From Chiloscyllium plagiosum (Eukaryota), in the NCBI RefSeq assembly GCF_004010195.1, contig NC_057719.1, positions 34,818,399 through 34,843,372 of the forward strand: a stretch of DNA of 24,974 bases, written 5' to 3'. Below, one piece after another: positions 1 through 10,476 of this stretch. A program made the position numbers and the translations under genes. Below the pieces are notes generated by a model. The model was not told the DNA's origin. It saw only the letters and a list, made by a program, of their open reading frames with translations, and ran no database searches. Position 1 is the first letter of the stretch; each line of letters opens with the position of its first letter.

Positions 1-575
1 GTGAGGGGGGAGGTGTGGGCGCAAGTGTTGCACCTCCTGCGGTTGCAAGGGAAGGTGCCGGGAGTGGTGGTTGGGTCGGTGGGGGGTGTGGATCTGACAA
101 GGGAGTCGCGGAGGGAGTGGTCTCTACGGAAAGCTGATAGGGGAGGGGAGGGGAATATATCCTTGGTGCTGGGGTCTGTTTGGAGGTGGCGGAAGTGACG
201 GCGGATGATGCGCTGTACATGGAGATTGGTGGGGTGGTAGGTGAGGACCAGTGGGGTTCTGTCCTGGTGGCGGTTGGAGGGGCGGGGTTCAAGGGCGGAG
301 GAGCGGGAAGTGGGGGAGATGCGGTGGAGGGCACCGTCGACCACGTTGGGGGGGAAATTGCGGTCCTTGAAGAAGGAGGCCATCTGTGTTGTACGTATTT
401 TGAACTGGTCCTCCTGGGAGCAGATGCGGCGGAGTCGAAGGAATTGGGAGAATGGGATGGCGTTTTTACAGGGGGCAGGATGGGAGGAGGTGTAGTCCAG
501 GTAGCTGTGGGAGTCGGTCGGTTTGTAGTAGATGTCCGTGTTGATTCGGTCGCCTGAGATAGAAACAGAAAGGTC
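1..575 (-). mobile_element. Penelope-like retroelement fragment (RT C-terminal/thumb region and linker), running off the window start
   Basis: Minus strand translates DLSVSISGDRINTDIYYKPTDSHSYLDYTSSHPAPCKNAIPFSQFLRLRRICSQEDQF, typical of the PLE RT thumb. It is clearly homologous to about 13340-13900 in this window. CpGs are retained, suggesting a young or unmethylated copy. Confidence 0.85.
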
Positions 576-649
576 AACTTCAAACCCAGTCAGCGAGATG
601 AGATTTCCGAGCGGACCGCGATTCTTTGGTCCCCCCAACTGTAATTGAG

Positions 650-770
650 AAACAAAATAAAAACAGAAAAGACTGTATCCCTGGAGAGGGAACCGACGTT
701 AATGTTTCGGAGAGTCGTTGTTTCATTCTCCACAGAGGCTACCCGAGACCTGCCGAATATTTCCAGCATT
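650..770. repeat. Degenerate short interspersed repeat, probably a PLE terminal-repeat derivative
   Basis: aaaacagaaaa...ctggagagggaac...gttaatgtttcgg and ttctccacagagg...gacctgccgaatatttccagcatt form imperfect inverted halves resembling the adjacent element. The family assignment is from recall only. Confidence 0.4.
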
Positions 771-929
771 CAAGATTATAGAGTGGTGCTGGAAAAGCGC
801 AGCAGTTCAGGCAGCATCCGAGGAACAGGAGAATCGACGTTTCGGGCAAAAGCCCTTCATCAGGAATTCCCTGGTCCTCTGATGCTGCCGGATCTGCCTT
901 GCTTTTCCAGCATCCCACTCTAATCTTGA
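770..929. mobile_element. Palindromic non-autonomous PLE-derived element carrying a hammerhead motif
   Basis: Left arm tcaagattatagagtggtgctggaaaagc...gcagcatccgaggaacagg pairs with right arm cctggtcctctgatgctgcc...gcttttccagcatcccactctaatcttga. The same sequence family occurs at 13013-13090 and 14352-14486. Confidence 0.8.
831..869 (-). ncRNA. Minimal type I hammerhead ribozyme motif
   Basis: Minus strand reads gaauuc-CUGAUGA-a-GGGC-uuuu-GCCC-GAAAC-GUC-gauuc. All core nucleotides are present, with a 4-bp stem II and a palindromic ACGU stem III. Predicted cleavage is between 836 and 835. Confidence 0.8.
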
Positions 930-949
930 CTCGGCACATTTTGGCCCAG

Positions 950-1695
950 TTGACGGTAAGTTTGCCGACAAGCCGGACAAGCTGCAGTAAACAGGAGGTG
1001 AGGGAGGAGGCGGAGCAGGCAGCTGACATCATCCGCCTGCGCCGCCAGGAAGCCAACCAATAAGCTTCGGGCGGGACAGTTGATGGACAGGCGGACTGTC
1101 CAGTGGAAGCGTCCCTTGTGTTACAACGCACGCGCCTGGGTGGGTGCGGGAAGCGGGCCAATCGGGTGGGGGTAAAGAGGCGGGCTCTGGGTGACGGTTG
1201 GCAGATGTTGGAGAGAGCGAGGCCGCCGTCGGCAACGGCCGGGAGGGGGAGGCGAGGTAAGGTACCATGTCGGTGTCGGTTCAAATCGGGAGGCGGAGAG
1301 GAGAGCGGGGGCCGAGCACCATCGGATGACAGAGAAGGACGGCCTGCCACCTCATGCCCACACCCTTCCCTCCAGGAAACGGATATCCTCCCCTTGGCCT
1401 GCTGCTCCTCAATCCGCTTTCTTCCGGGAGTCGTCCTCGCTGCCAGTCCCCGGCCCGGAGTCTTCGACCTCGGTCTAAATTGTTGCGGCTGTGCCGGCTG
1501 GCAATGTTCCCGTGTAGGATCGCAGTGTGCCTGAAACTAGGCTGCTGAGAGTGCGGCCGATTTGTACACAGTAACAGGGAGCTCGTTAGCCTGCACCTTC
1601 ACGGCCAGCCGGTGTGTATTGTGTAGTTTGTTATTGTCAGCAGCAGCTCCGCTGTCGGTCACGAAACGGGCATTGCCGCTTCCTCGACGGTCAAC
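950..1695 (+). promoter_or_regulatory. CpG-island promoter and 5' leader of MGAT2
   Basis: GC/CpG-rich unique sequence. CCAAT at 1057-1061 and 1158-1162, GC box GGGCGG at 1069-1074, CRE-like TGACATCA at 1024-1031. No TATA box seen. Confidence 0.7.
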
Positions 1696-3003
1696 ATGAG
1701 GTTCCGCATTTACAAGAGGAAAGTGCTGCTGCTGGCCCTCGTCATGCTGCTCGCCGCCTTCGTCTTGTGGACCGGCGGAAAGCAGAGGAAAAACGAAGCT
1801 TTTCCGAGGGACGACCAAACTTCACGGAGCAGCGGGAAAGCGGGCGCCGGGAACCCGACCAGGAAAGTTTCCAACGAGTCGCAGGCGAGCAAGTTCGAAA
1901 AGCCTGAGGTCGACAACCTGACTCTGGTGTACCGCGGCATCGTTTTCCAGCTGAACTTTGACCAGACGATCAGAAACCAGGAGACCATTAAGACTCGATC
2001 CCCAAATGATTTGGTGGTGGTGGTCCAAGTGCACAACAGACCGGAATACCTGCAGAGCCTCGTCAATTCGCTCAGAAAAGCCAAAGGAATAGGGAACGTA
2101 CTGCTGATCTTCAGCCACGACTTCTGGTCCCCGCAGATCAACCAGATCGTAGCCAGCGTCGATTTTTGCCAAGTGTTACAAATATTTTTTCCATTCAGTA
2201 TCCAGTTGTATCCCAACGAATTCCCTGGACACGATCCCAGAGATTGCCCTCGTGACATAAGCAAAGCGAATGCTTTCAAGCTGGGCTGTATCAATGCTGA
2301 GTATCAAGATTCATTTGGCCATTATCGAGAATCCAAATTTTGTCAGACCAAACATCACTGGTGGTGGAAGTTACATTTTGTTTGGGAAAGAGTAAAAGTT
2401 TTGGAAGATCATAAGGGGTTAGTGCTTTTCATTGAAGAGGACCATTATTTATCACCTGATTTCTATCATGTCATGAAAAATATGTGGCATCTGAAGACTG
2501 AAAGTTGCCCTGATTGTGACATATTGACCCTTGGTACATATACACGTGTCAGTGATTTCACAGATAAAACCAGTAAAGTGGAAGTGAAAACCTGGCGATC
2601 AACAGAACACAACATGGGCATGGCTATGACTAGAGAGACATATCAAAAACTGATAGAGTGCACAGATGCTTTCTGTGAATATGATGACTACAACTGGGAC
2701 TGGACATTACAGTATTTAACTGTATCCTGTCTGCCTCGGTATTGGAAAGTTATGGTCTGTGAGGCTCCTCGTATTTTCCATGCTGGTGATTGTGGCATGC
2801 ATCACAAGAAAGCTTGCATGCCATCTGCTGAAGTTGCTAAAATTGACAAGATTATAAGTAGCAACATACAGCACTTGTTTCCAGAAACAATGGCAATAAG
2901 TGAAATATATCCTTTGGCTGCAATCGGCCCACATGTGAAGAATGGAGGTTGGGGAGATATTAGGGACCATGAACTTTGTGCAAGTTACCGCCGGCTACAG
3001 TAA
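1696..3003 (+). CDS. MGAT2: Alpha-1,6-mannosyl-glycoprotein 2-beta-N-acetylglucosaminyltransferase (GnT-II), 435 aa, single coding exon
   Basis: N-terminus MRFRIYKRKVLLL followed by a type II signal anchor. Conserved VVQVHNRPEYL, QTKHHWWWK, EEDH metal-binding motif, YDDYNWDWTL and C-terminal NGGWGDIRDHELC. Confidence 0.98.
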   Translation: MRFRIYKRKVLLLALVMLLAAFVLWTGGKQRKNEAFPRDDQTSRSSGKAGAGNPTRKVSNESQASKFEKPEVDNLTLVYRGIVFQLNFDQTIRNQETIKTRSPNDLVVVVQVHNRPEYLQSLVNSLRKAKGIGNVLLIFSHDFWSPQINQIVASVDFCQVLQIFFPFSIQLYPNEFPGHDPRDCPRDISKANAFKLGCINAEYQDSFGHYRESKFCQTKHHWWWKLHFVWERVKVLEDHKGLVLFIEEDHYLSPDFYHVMKNMWHLKTESCPDCDILTLGTYTRVSDFTDKTSKVEVKTWRSTEHNMGMAMTRETYQKLIECTDAFCEYDDYNWDWTLQYLTVSCLPRYWKVMVCEAPRIFHAGDCGMHHKKACMPSAEVAKIDKIISSNIQHLFPETMAISEIYPLAAIGPHVKNGGWGDIRDHELCASYRRLQ

Positions 3004-3102
3004 TTGTGATAAATCTCTATATAAGATCATGTCTTTAATAGTATTTAGTTTTCTTCTGTTATTAAAAAATACAACAATGGGATACAATCATTGACTGTCA
3101 CG

Positions 3103-3114
3103 ATTAAAAATAAA
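3103..3114 (+). terminator. Candidate MGAT2 polyadenylation signals
   Basis: ATTAAA at 3103-3108 followed by AATAAA at 3109-3114, about 100 nt after the stop. A further AATAAA lies at 3895-3900. Confidence 0.45.
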
Positions 3115-3169
3115 TGGCTAACTGATTGCTCGGTTAATAACTACACCCAAAGGTGTTATTATTGAGCTT

Positions 3170-3450
3170 CACAGATTAGAAAGACCCCAGATGATATCTG
3201 GTCTGTGATGAATTCGCCAATTTTTAGCTAAGGTTGCCGTAGTGGGGTGCTGCAATTGGGTTTGGCGTTCTGAGTTATGTAGAGGAAAGATCAGCCATGA
3301 TGCTAATACCTGACTATCCAGTGACTACACTGAAAAATTTATTTTGACAATGCTGGATGAGGATAGATTAAGCTTCACTGTATACTGCTCTAAGTTTACT
3401 GACTGGGCCCACATTTGAAGAGTGCTAGAGAACTATTGGTGCCTGTAGAT
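3170..3450 (+). repeat. Old, diverged SINE-like remnant
   Basis: Motifs gtggggtgctgcaattgg, gatcagcca, ctatccagtgac and ggatgaggatag resemble an ancient interspersed repeat of cartilaginous fishes. Recalled, not searched. Confidence 0.35.
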
Positions 3451-4464
3451 CATAAATTACTGTCTCTACAAAAAAAGAGCAGCAGAATTTTGTTTTTGCT
3501 TAAAGAAAAATATGTCCTTGTAGCAAGAGTTAACATTTTCTTCATTAACTTTATATATGTTCTGGGTGACTGAAGAGAAAATGGTCTATGCAGCTGTAAG
3601 AAGGCAAAGAAGCCAAAGGTGTTCATTTCATGTCATGGGTGTAATTTTTTAAGAATTCTGTTTTCATCATTCAGTTTATTTTACAAATGGGTCTTGTTTA
3701 GCTCAATATTGTCACTGCACTTAGTGTTTCAGTTAACAATAAGAAAGTCCCATAGAAATATGCCTTAATGGGTGATGTATGCGTGTCAGCCTGTTTATCA
3801 CCTAAACTACTTCTGCCATCAGTAACAAACCTGCAGCAGGAAATATGAAGTTCAAAATGCTCCTCCATATAATACCCAGAATTTTCAAAATTCAAATAAA
3901 ATTAATATGAAAAAATAATCGGTACTATTATTTCAAATTGTCATAAAAGAAAACACCCACAATGCAACTGGCTGAAAATTTCACCCAATGTAAGTCTTGG
4001 TGACAATACTGTTCACTTAAAGCACAAATCTGTAATTATTTGAAACAGCAATGCAATATTTTCAGTTAAATATTTGCAGTGGCATTTAAGAAACCTGGCA
4101 TGTATTCCCTTACCCCATTCACCTCAGTTGTTTGTCAGGTTCAGCTTACTTAACTGTTGTTGCTTCATGGCAGTTTGAGACACTGTTACATACCTGAAAC
4201 TTTCCATTGTTCAAAGCCTTGGTTGAATTTTAAAAAATATTTCAGTGTAAAACCACCTCAAATAAAAGGAATAGAAAAGCAATTCTTTGTGAAAATGGAA
4301 GAGATATTTTACCACAACGTACCTTCAATTTTTTCTTAAGACTTTGGTTCACACTATTTTGCTTTTTAAGGACTTAAAAGTTTCCCCCAAAAATCTGTAT
4401 TAATATGATTTTAAACTATGCATGGGAGGAAACAACTATGAAGCATTTTTTTTTAATTTATTTG

Positions 4465-4600
4465 TGTGTGGATGTTATCAGCAAGACCAATCTTTGTTGC
4501 CCATCCCCAACTACCTTTGAGAAAGTGATGAAGTCCTATCTTGAACTGTTGGTGCGGTTGTTGGTATGCCCATAGTACTGTTAAAAGAGCTATAGGTTGT
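4465..4600 (-). repeat. Diverged LINE/SINE 3' tail
   Basis: Preceded by a T-rich tract. tgtggatgttatcagcaagaccaatctttgttgccc resembles the reverse complement of the tail at 16255-16355. Confidence 0.4.
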
Positions 4601-4764
4601 TTTCATATGAATATCTTTTATCCACATGGAAACTTAAGTAAACATTTCTGTGTCATTCTAATGATATCACCTTTCAGAAGCACCTTGATTCAGCAAGAAT
4701 ACACAAAACAACAGTAACCACAACTTTATTTTAAAAATTAGAAACCTGAGATTTGAAGTGCAAT

Positions 4765-5000
4765 AGTCCAAGGCACTTTACAAGTGCCTTATTATACAAA
4801 ATAGGGCAAGAAGCCACACAGAGATTTTATGTCAGACAACTAAAAGCTTTGTCAAAGAGGCATGTTTTAAAGAGGGAAATGGAGGCTAAAGAGATGTGGA
4901 AGAGTATTCTGCAGCTCGAGGCCATGACACTGAAGGCATGGCCATCAATGGTTGAACAAGTGGTGATGCAGATATGGCCAGAATTCGAACACAGAATCAG
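4765..5000 (-). mobile_element. Degenerate L2-like LINE 3' fragment
   Basis: ccaaggcacttta...aaagctttgtcaaagaggcatgttttaa...ctgaaggcatggccatcaatggt resembles an antisense L2 3' end. Recalled, not searched. Confidence 0.45.
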
Positions 5001-5619
5001 TACTTAAAAGAATTTTTTTAAAAAGGTAATTTATTTGACAGAATTGATTACAGATAGTTTCTCTCATTCAGACTTTTAAACGTTTCTTTCCCTCCCCTTT
5101 TATTTCAAAAGCATTAAGCTTGATTTCATTCTAGATTAGGTTCCGTGTTTGTAGGTTAACCAAATTCACAACCTACATGTTTGGAAGGGGTATTGTTGGC
5201 ACTTATTTGACTGCAGCATGTCCTCAGAATACTGATTAGCATTATTTGCTTTCTCAACTGGTGCTGGGGACACCTTAGATCAGACTTGAAACATTAGTCA
5301 ATGTGATTTAATTAGTCTTGAGAATTATGTTCTTATACATACAGACAATCAGAATATGTATAAAATGTAAAATTCAGACTAAAAAGTACAAATTTTAAAT
5401 TCAATAAGGGAAGCACAGTCTGATAACCTGCAAGTAACAAAGACAGCAGTGAATCGTGGCACCATAAATGTGTCAAAGTTCCTAATTCAAGTCTCTCACT
5501 CTTTGGACTTTCAGAACATTTCAGTTTTAGAAAAATGTTATTGTTTGATCTAGTCACTTTGTCAAAAAAAACTGAACACATCTACATTATCAATCTATAT
5601 AAATGTTTTGGAATGAGAA

Positions 5620-6512
5620 CATAGGAGGTATGGTTTGTAGATAACACCAAAATTAGAGTACTGGACAGCGAAGAAGGCTACCTTAGAGTACAACGGGATC
5701 TTAATCAAATGGGCCAGTGGGCTGAGGAGTGGCAGATGGAATTTAATTTAGATAAGTGTGAAATGTTACATTTTGGAAAGGCAAATCAGGGCAGGTCTTA
5801 TACATTTAATACTAAGACTTTGGAGTGCAAGTTGATAGCTCCTTGAAAGTGGAATTCCAGGTAGGTGAGTGTAGGTGGCGTTTGGTAAGCTTGCTTTTAT
5901 TGGTCAGTGTATTGAGTACTATTTGAGTTGGGAGGTCATATTGTGGCTGTATAGGACATTGGTTAGGCTCCAATTGTACTGCATACAATTCTGGTAGTCT
6001 TGCTTTAGGAAGGATGTTGTGAGACTTGAAAGAGTTCAGAAAAGATTTACAAGGATGTTGCCAGAGTTGGAGGTTTTGAGCTATTGGGAGAGGCTGAATA
6101 GTCTGAGGCTATTTTCCTTGGAGTATCAGAGGCTGAGGGGTGGCCTTGGAGGTTTATAAAATATTCGGGGGCATGGATAGGCTGAGTAGACAGGGTCTTT
6201 TCCCTGGGGTGGGGGAATCCAAAACTAGAGGGCACAGGTTTAAAGTGAGAGAAGAAAGATTTAAAAGGGACCTAAAGGGAAACATCTTCACACACATGGT
6301 GGTGCATGCTTGGAACGAGTTGCCAGAGGGAGTGATTGAGGCTGGTACAATAACAACATTTAAAAGGCATCTGGATGGGTATATAAATTGGAAGGGTTTA
6401 GAGGGATACAGACCAAATGCTGGTAAATGGAACTAGATTAACTTAGGATACCTGGTCAGGATGGACAAGTTGAACCGAAGCGTCTGTATTCATGTTGTAC
6501 AACTCTATGGCT
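5620..6512 (+). mobile_element. 5'-truncated CR1 LINE (RT C-terminus plus 3' tail)
   Basis: Remnant peptides WAEEWQMEFNLDKCEMLHFG, LERVQKRFTRMLP and KTRGHRFKV...FTHMVVHAWNELP. Ends in a ...gtacaactctatg tail. Confidence 0.92.
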
Positions 6513-6659
6513 GAAAACTTGGACTAACATTTACTTGAACCCCTCCAAGATTAAAATGTGGAAGGACAGAAAAATAGTTAGATAATATATGTATTGAGTA
6601 AAAAGATTTTCTGGATGTCATTGATTCTTTCAACAGTTTCCTTAAGCTCTGCATCCTCT

Positions 6660-7010
6660 GTTCAATTTTCTGTCATTGGCAATCAATGTCAGCAATTCAG
6701 GTCAAGGAAAGTAGTGGTCCTAGTGCTGACCCTGGGGACCTCCATTGTATTTCTTTCCTCCAATCTAATAAACATACATTCAAAACTGCTTTGTCTCCTG
6801 TCACTCAGTCAACTTTATATTTATTTAGTTACTGCCCTTTTATTCCAATGGCATTGACGTTGTTGGCAAATCATGTCATTTTATTAAGACTCCTGTAAGT
6901 CTGTGTGCCTCACATGCTCATCAATAACTTCATCAAAAAAACACAATTAGTGGATTTCCTTAATTTATGCACACCTGTCCAAGTAACCTAATTTTGTCCA
7001 GGTCATTGTT
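6660..7010 (-). mobile_element. Highly degenerate CR1-like fragment
   Basis: gtagtggtcctagtgctgaccctgggga and following AT-rich sequence resemble antisense CR1 RT (GVPQGSVLGP region). Confidence 0.4.
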
Positions 7011-7899
7011 TCTAAAATCTTTCACACCATTCTTCGCACCCTTTCTTTTGAGAAGGACAAAAGATTTCCAATTTTTCTGTACCCTACAGTTTTGCCCAGT
7101 GCACCCTTACTTCAGCATCCTGGGACGCATCACATTCATATTTGATTATTTTTCAACTTTTATGTAGAGCCAATCTTTCTAATACTTCCTCTAAGTGTTT
7201 ACTTACTTCAATATCCAAACTACCTCTTTTTTCACTATGATTTGGATAACCTTTTCTTCTGTTGTAAAAAGTGCAATTAATGTATTTGAGATGAAAATGC
7301 TCAACTTAAAAGAATCACTTGACAATTGAGTGCACTGCAGGTGACTTATGAAATCGGTGCAATAGTCTCCTTCATCCAGAAGTCCAACAGCTCTTCCCCA
7401 TTTATCCCAGACAAAATCTAATTTCCATATATTCAGATTCTTCAAATGTAATATTCTAAAAACTTCCAATTTTCAAATCTTTATTGCAGTCATTCCTCCC
7501 AACCTTTGAAATCTCTTCCAGTCATTTGCCTGTGCCAAAATTTCTACCCCTCCAGCCTTGAATTACTCTTGTCCATTTCTTGCTTAATTCTAATTACTTC
7601 CAGCTTGAAGATTCCTCCTAAAATACCTGTCTCCACCTTCCCTAGTACCCATCTGAAGCTCTTGTCAAACAGATAGAGGAGCAGCACTTGAATCTTGCAA
7701 TTCATATTGGCAAGATTTAATCCATCAGAAGGTTGAAGAATAGTGTATGTAATTTCCCATGAGTATTTTTGTTTGTAACTCTTCAACTAGGGAACCAATA
7801 AGTTTGAATATTGATATTACTAAGAATATTGGTGGCAGTGTCTTTTAGCTCAAAGTGAATTGCTGTTTGAACATGCTTGTTTTCTTCCATGATGTTGTA

Positions 7900-8115
7900 G
7901 CTGGAGCTTCAGATAGCAGTGGGAGAGGCTGCAATTTTCGTTTTAGCATATGCCTGTCTAGGTACCCGCTCCTGTCAATGGCATGCATTGAAAGGATTAA
8001 GGTTAATCATCACTGTTTAGCTGCATTATGAATGATTTTCCTTGGCCATCAAGTCTTGAGGTGGAACTCAGATCCACAGCTTCTGGTGCAGAGGTAGGGA
8101 AGCTGCCCACTGCAT
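7900..8115 (-). repeat. Degenerate tRNA-derived SINE-like remnant
   Basis: Minus strand gcagtgggcagcttccctacctctgcaccagaagctgtggatctgagttccacc resembles a decayed A-box/B-box SINE head. Confidence 0.3.
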
Positions 8116-8399
8116 TATTACTATAATCTTAAGATAACAGTGATCACAAACTCTCCAAAAAACAACAAAGAATTTTGGAATCACTTGATAATTTAATAAT
8201 AAATTAGTTTTGGCATTGTAAATCCCTTGATCGGATGCAGAAATAACAATTTTAACAAACAAGATAAACAAAGATTATACTGTATACTTGCCAGGTAAAG
8301 TTAATTGCAAGAGATGCAACAAAAACAGGAATGATAATACATAGCTGAAAAAAATCAGCTGTTCCTGAGAAGTCTGCAGACTTAATTACAAATCACAAA

Positions 8400-9375
8400 C
8401 TATGCTTGCAGTATGTCACAAGGATCAATGCTGAGTCCACTGCTTTCGTCATTTAAATCAAAGATTTGGATGTTAACATAGGAAGTACAATTAGTGAGTC
8501 TGCAGCAAAAATGGAGCTGAAGTGGACAGTGAAGGTTATGTCCGAGTACAAGGGGATCTTGATCAGATGGGCCGATGAGTAGCAGACGGGGTTTAATTTA
8601 GATAAATATGAGGTGCTGCATTATGTAAAGGCAAATCAGGGCAGGGCTTAGACACGTAATGGTAAAATCCTGGGGAGTGTTGCTGAACAGAGACCTTGGA
8701 GTTCAGATTCATAGTTCTTTGAAAGTGGAGTTGCAAGTAGAGAGGATCATGAAGGAGATGTTTGATATGCTCACCTTTATTGATCTTTTATTGAAGTTGG
8801 GAGGTCATATTGCAACTGTACAGGACATTGGTTAGGCCACTATTGGAATATTGCTTGTAGTTCTGGTGGTCTTGCTTTAGGAAGGATGTTGTGAAATTTG
8901 AAAGGGTTTAGAAAAGATTTACAAGGATGTTGCCAGGGTTAGAGATATAGGGAGAGGCTGAATAGGCTGGGGCTTTTTCCTGTAGTGTTGGAAGCTGAGA
9001 TGTGACCTTATGGAGGTGTATAAAATCAGAAGGGCATGGCTAGAGTAAATAGACAAGGTCTTTTCCCTGGGGTAGGGAATCCAAAACTAGAAGGCATAGG
9101 TTTAAGGTGATAGGGGCAAGATTTAAAAGAAGCCTAAAGGGCAAGTTTTTCACACAGAGGGTGGTGCATGTATGGAACAAGCTACTAAAGGAAGTGGTGG
9201 AGGCTGGTACAATTACATTTAAAAGGCATCTACATGAGTATATGAATATCAAGGATTTAGAGGGATATAGGTCAAATGCTGGCAAATGGGACTTGATTTA
9301 TTTAGAATATCTGAATAGCATAGATGAGTTGGACCAAAACGTCTGTTTCCATGCTGTACATCTCTGACTCTATGG
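8400..9375 (+). mobile_element. 5'-truncated CR1 LINE
   Basis: Homologous to 5620-6512. Peptides FTQRVVHVWNKL and TITFKRHL. Tail gtctgtttccatgctgtacatctctgactctatg. Confidence 0.92.
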
Positions 9376-9599
9376 TCACAAATTGCCAGTTTGGCTGTTA
9401 TTACATGGCCATAAACTAAACAAAAATTAACTTATTTTGTGATTTGGAATGCGATTTAAAATGCAAACTAACCTATACTAATGTATCACAGTTTTAAACT
9501 TCAGACGCAATCTTGGTTCATTCAGACCCCTATAATGCCAAGCCTTAAATCAGGCACAATAAAGTTAAAGTTTCCCTTCTAACCATTTCAAACATTTCT

Positions 9600-10289
9600 T
9601 TAGTCTAGTTGATACAACTCCATACTTTGGAAATTGAATGCAGATTTTGTTTTATGGTCACTTATAATCTTAACACTTTGGTCATTGGGATTGATTTCCT
9701 CAAGAATTTGCAGTGGAGCCGTAGTATTAATAAACTCGGGAGTGTTCTCATCTTTCTGGTTATTTGGAAGGTCATCTTCATCAAGTACATTATCATCTAC
9801 TTTTGTACACTGTTTAAAATGTACTGATTTTTCACAGTTTACAAGTAGAGGTTCATCATTTATAGATAGTGGCTTGTCAACATATATTGTACTTGCGTGA
9901 GAGGGTGACATATTTGACTCACTTTTCATTTTAACCTCACTAGTAAGTTTACTCGCATTAACAGAAGTCCAACAGTTACTGTGCGTCAATTGATTCATGT
10001 CATAATTTGGAACTTCATTATTTGTTCCTTCTCCTGCATTAGTCGTTTCCAAAAAATTATCAGTGCCTGCCATAGCAACTAATTGGTATTTGTCATTAGA
10101 TACAAATTCAGCAGCATCATTTGCCAATGGTGTCTCTTCTTCCAATATTTTACCTTCTGCAATAGATTCAGAAAAACTGGTTTCTTCTGTCTGTTGTTGA
10201 ACGTTTGCAGCATTACAAGCTTCATTGTGTTTAACTCTGTCTGGTTTCAGAGAAAATCCATGGGAACTGGTGTTCTCACTCTCCTGAAG
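9600..10289 (-). CDS. DNAAF2: DNAAF2 last coding exon (exon 3)
   Basis: Acceptor ttttataatttcag|CTT at 10290/10289, phase 0, open to TAA at 9600. Ends HKTKSAFNFQSMELYQLD, matching the conserved kintoun C-terminus. An in-frame alternative AG lies 6 nt downstream. Confidence 0.88.
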   Translation of the reverse strand, partial: LQESENTSSHGFSLKPDRVKHNEACNAANVQQQTEETSFSESIAEGKILEEETPLANDAAEFVSNDKYQLVAMAGTDNFLETTNAGEGTNNEVPNYDMNQLTHSNCWTSVNASKLTSEVKMKSESNMSPSHASTIYVDKPLSINDEPLLVNCEKSVHFKQCTKVDDNVLDEDDLPNNQKDENTPEFINTTAPLQILEEINPNDQSVKIISDHKTKSAFNFQSMELYQLD

Positions 10290-10313
10290 CTGAAATTATA
10301 AAATCAACAATAT

Positions 10314-10476
10314 TTAGAGTCATAGAGATGTACAGCACGGAAACAGACCCTTCGGTCCAACCTGTCCAGGCCGACCAAGTATCCCAACCTAAACTCATCC
10401 CACCTGCCAGCGCCCAGCCCATATCCCTCCAAATCCTTCCTGTTCATATACCCATTCAGATGTTGCAATTGTACTT
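10314..10476 (-). mobile_element. CR1 3' tail fragment
   Basis: tagagtcatagagatgtacagcacggaaacagacccttcggtcc... is the reverse complement of the tail at about 20910-21087. Confidence 0.9.

Noticed and set aside
1..557. Plus-strand Gly/Val-rich ORFs (also 13578-13928)
   Set aside because: Antisense shadows of Penelope-like coding sequence.
690..720. Additional hammerhead in the 650-770 repeat
   Set aside because: Only a GAAAC-AUU-like half is visible on the minus strand, with no CUGANGA.
739..1534. Overlapping 80-200 aa ORFs on both strands
   Set aside because: Expected in a stop-poor CpG island, and one runs into a repeat. No recognisable protein, and no match by eye to neighbours known from human such as RPL36AL, LRR1 or RPS29.
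9380..9599. DNAAF2 polyadenylation signal
   Set aside because: No canonical minus-strand AATAAA or ATTAAA seen between the stop and the CR1, so the 3' end cannot be placed.
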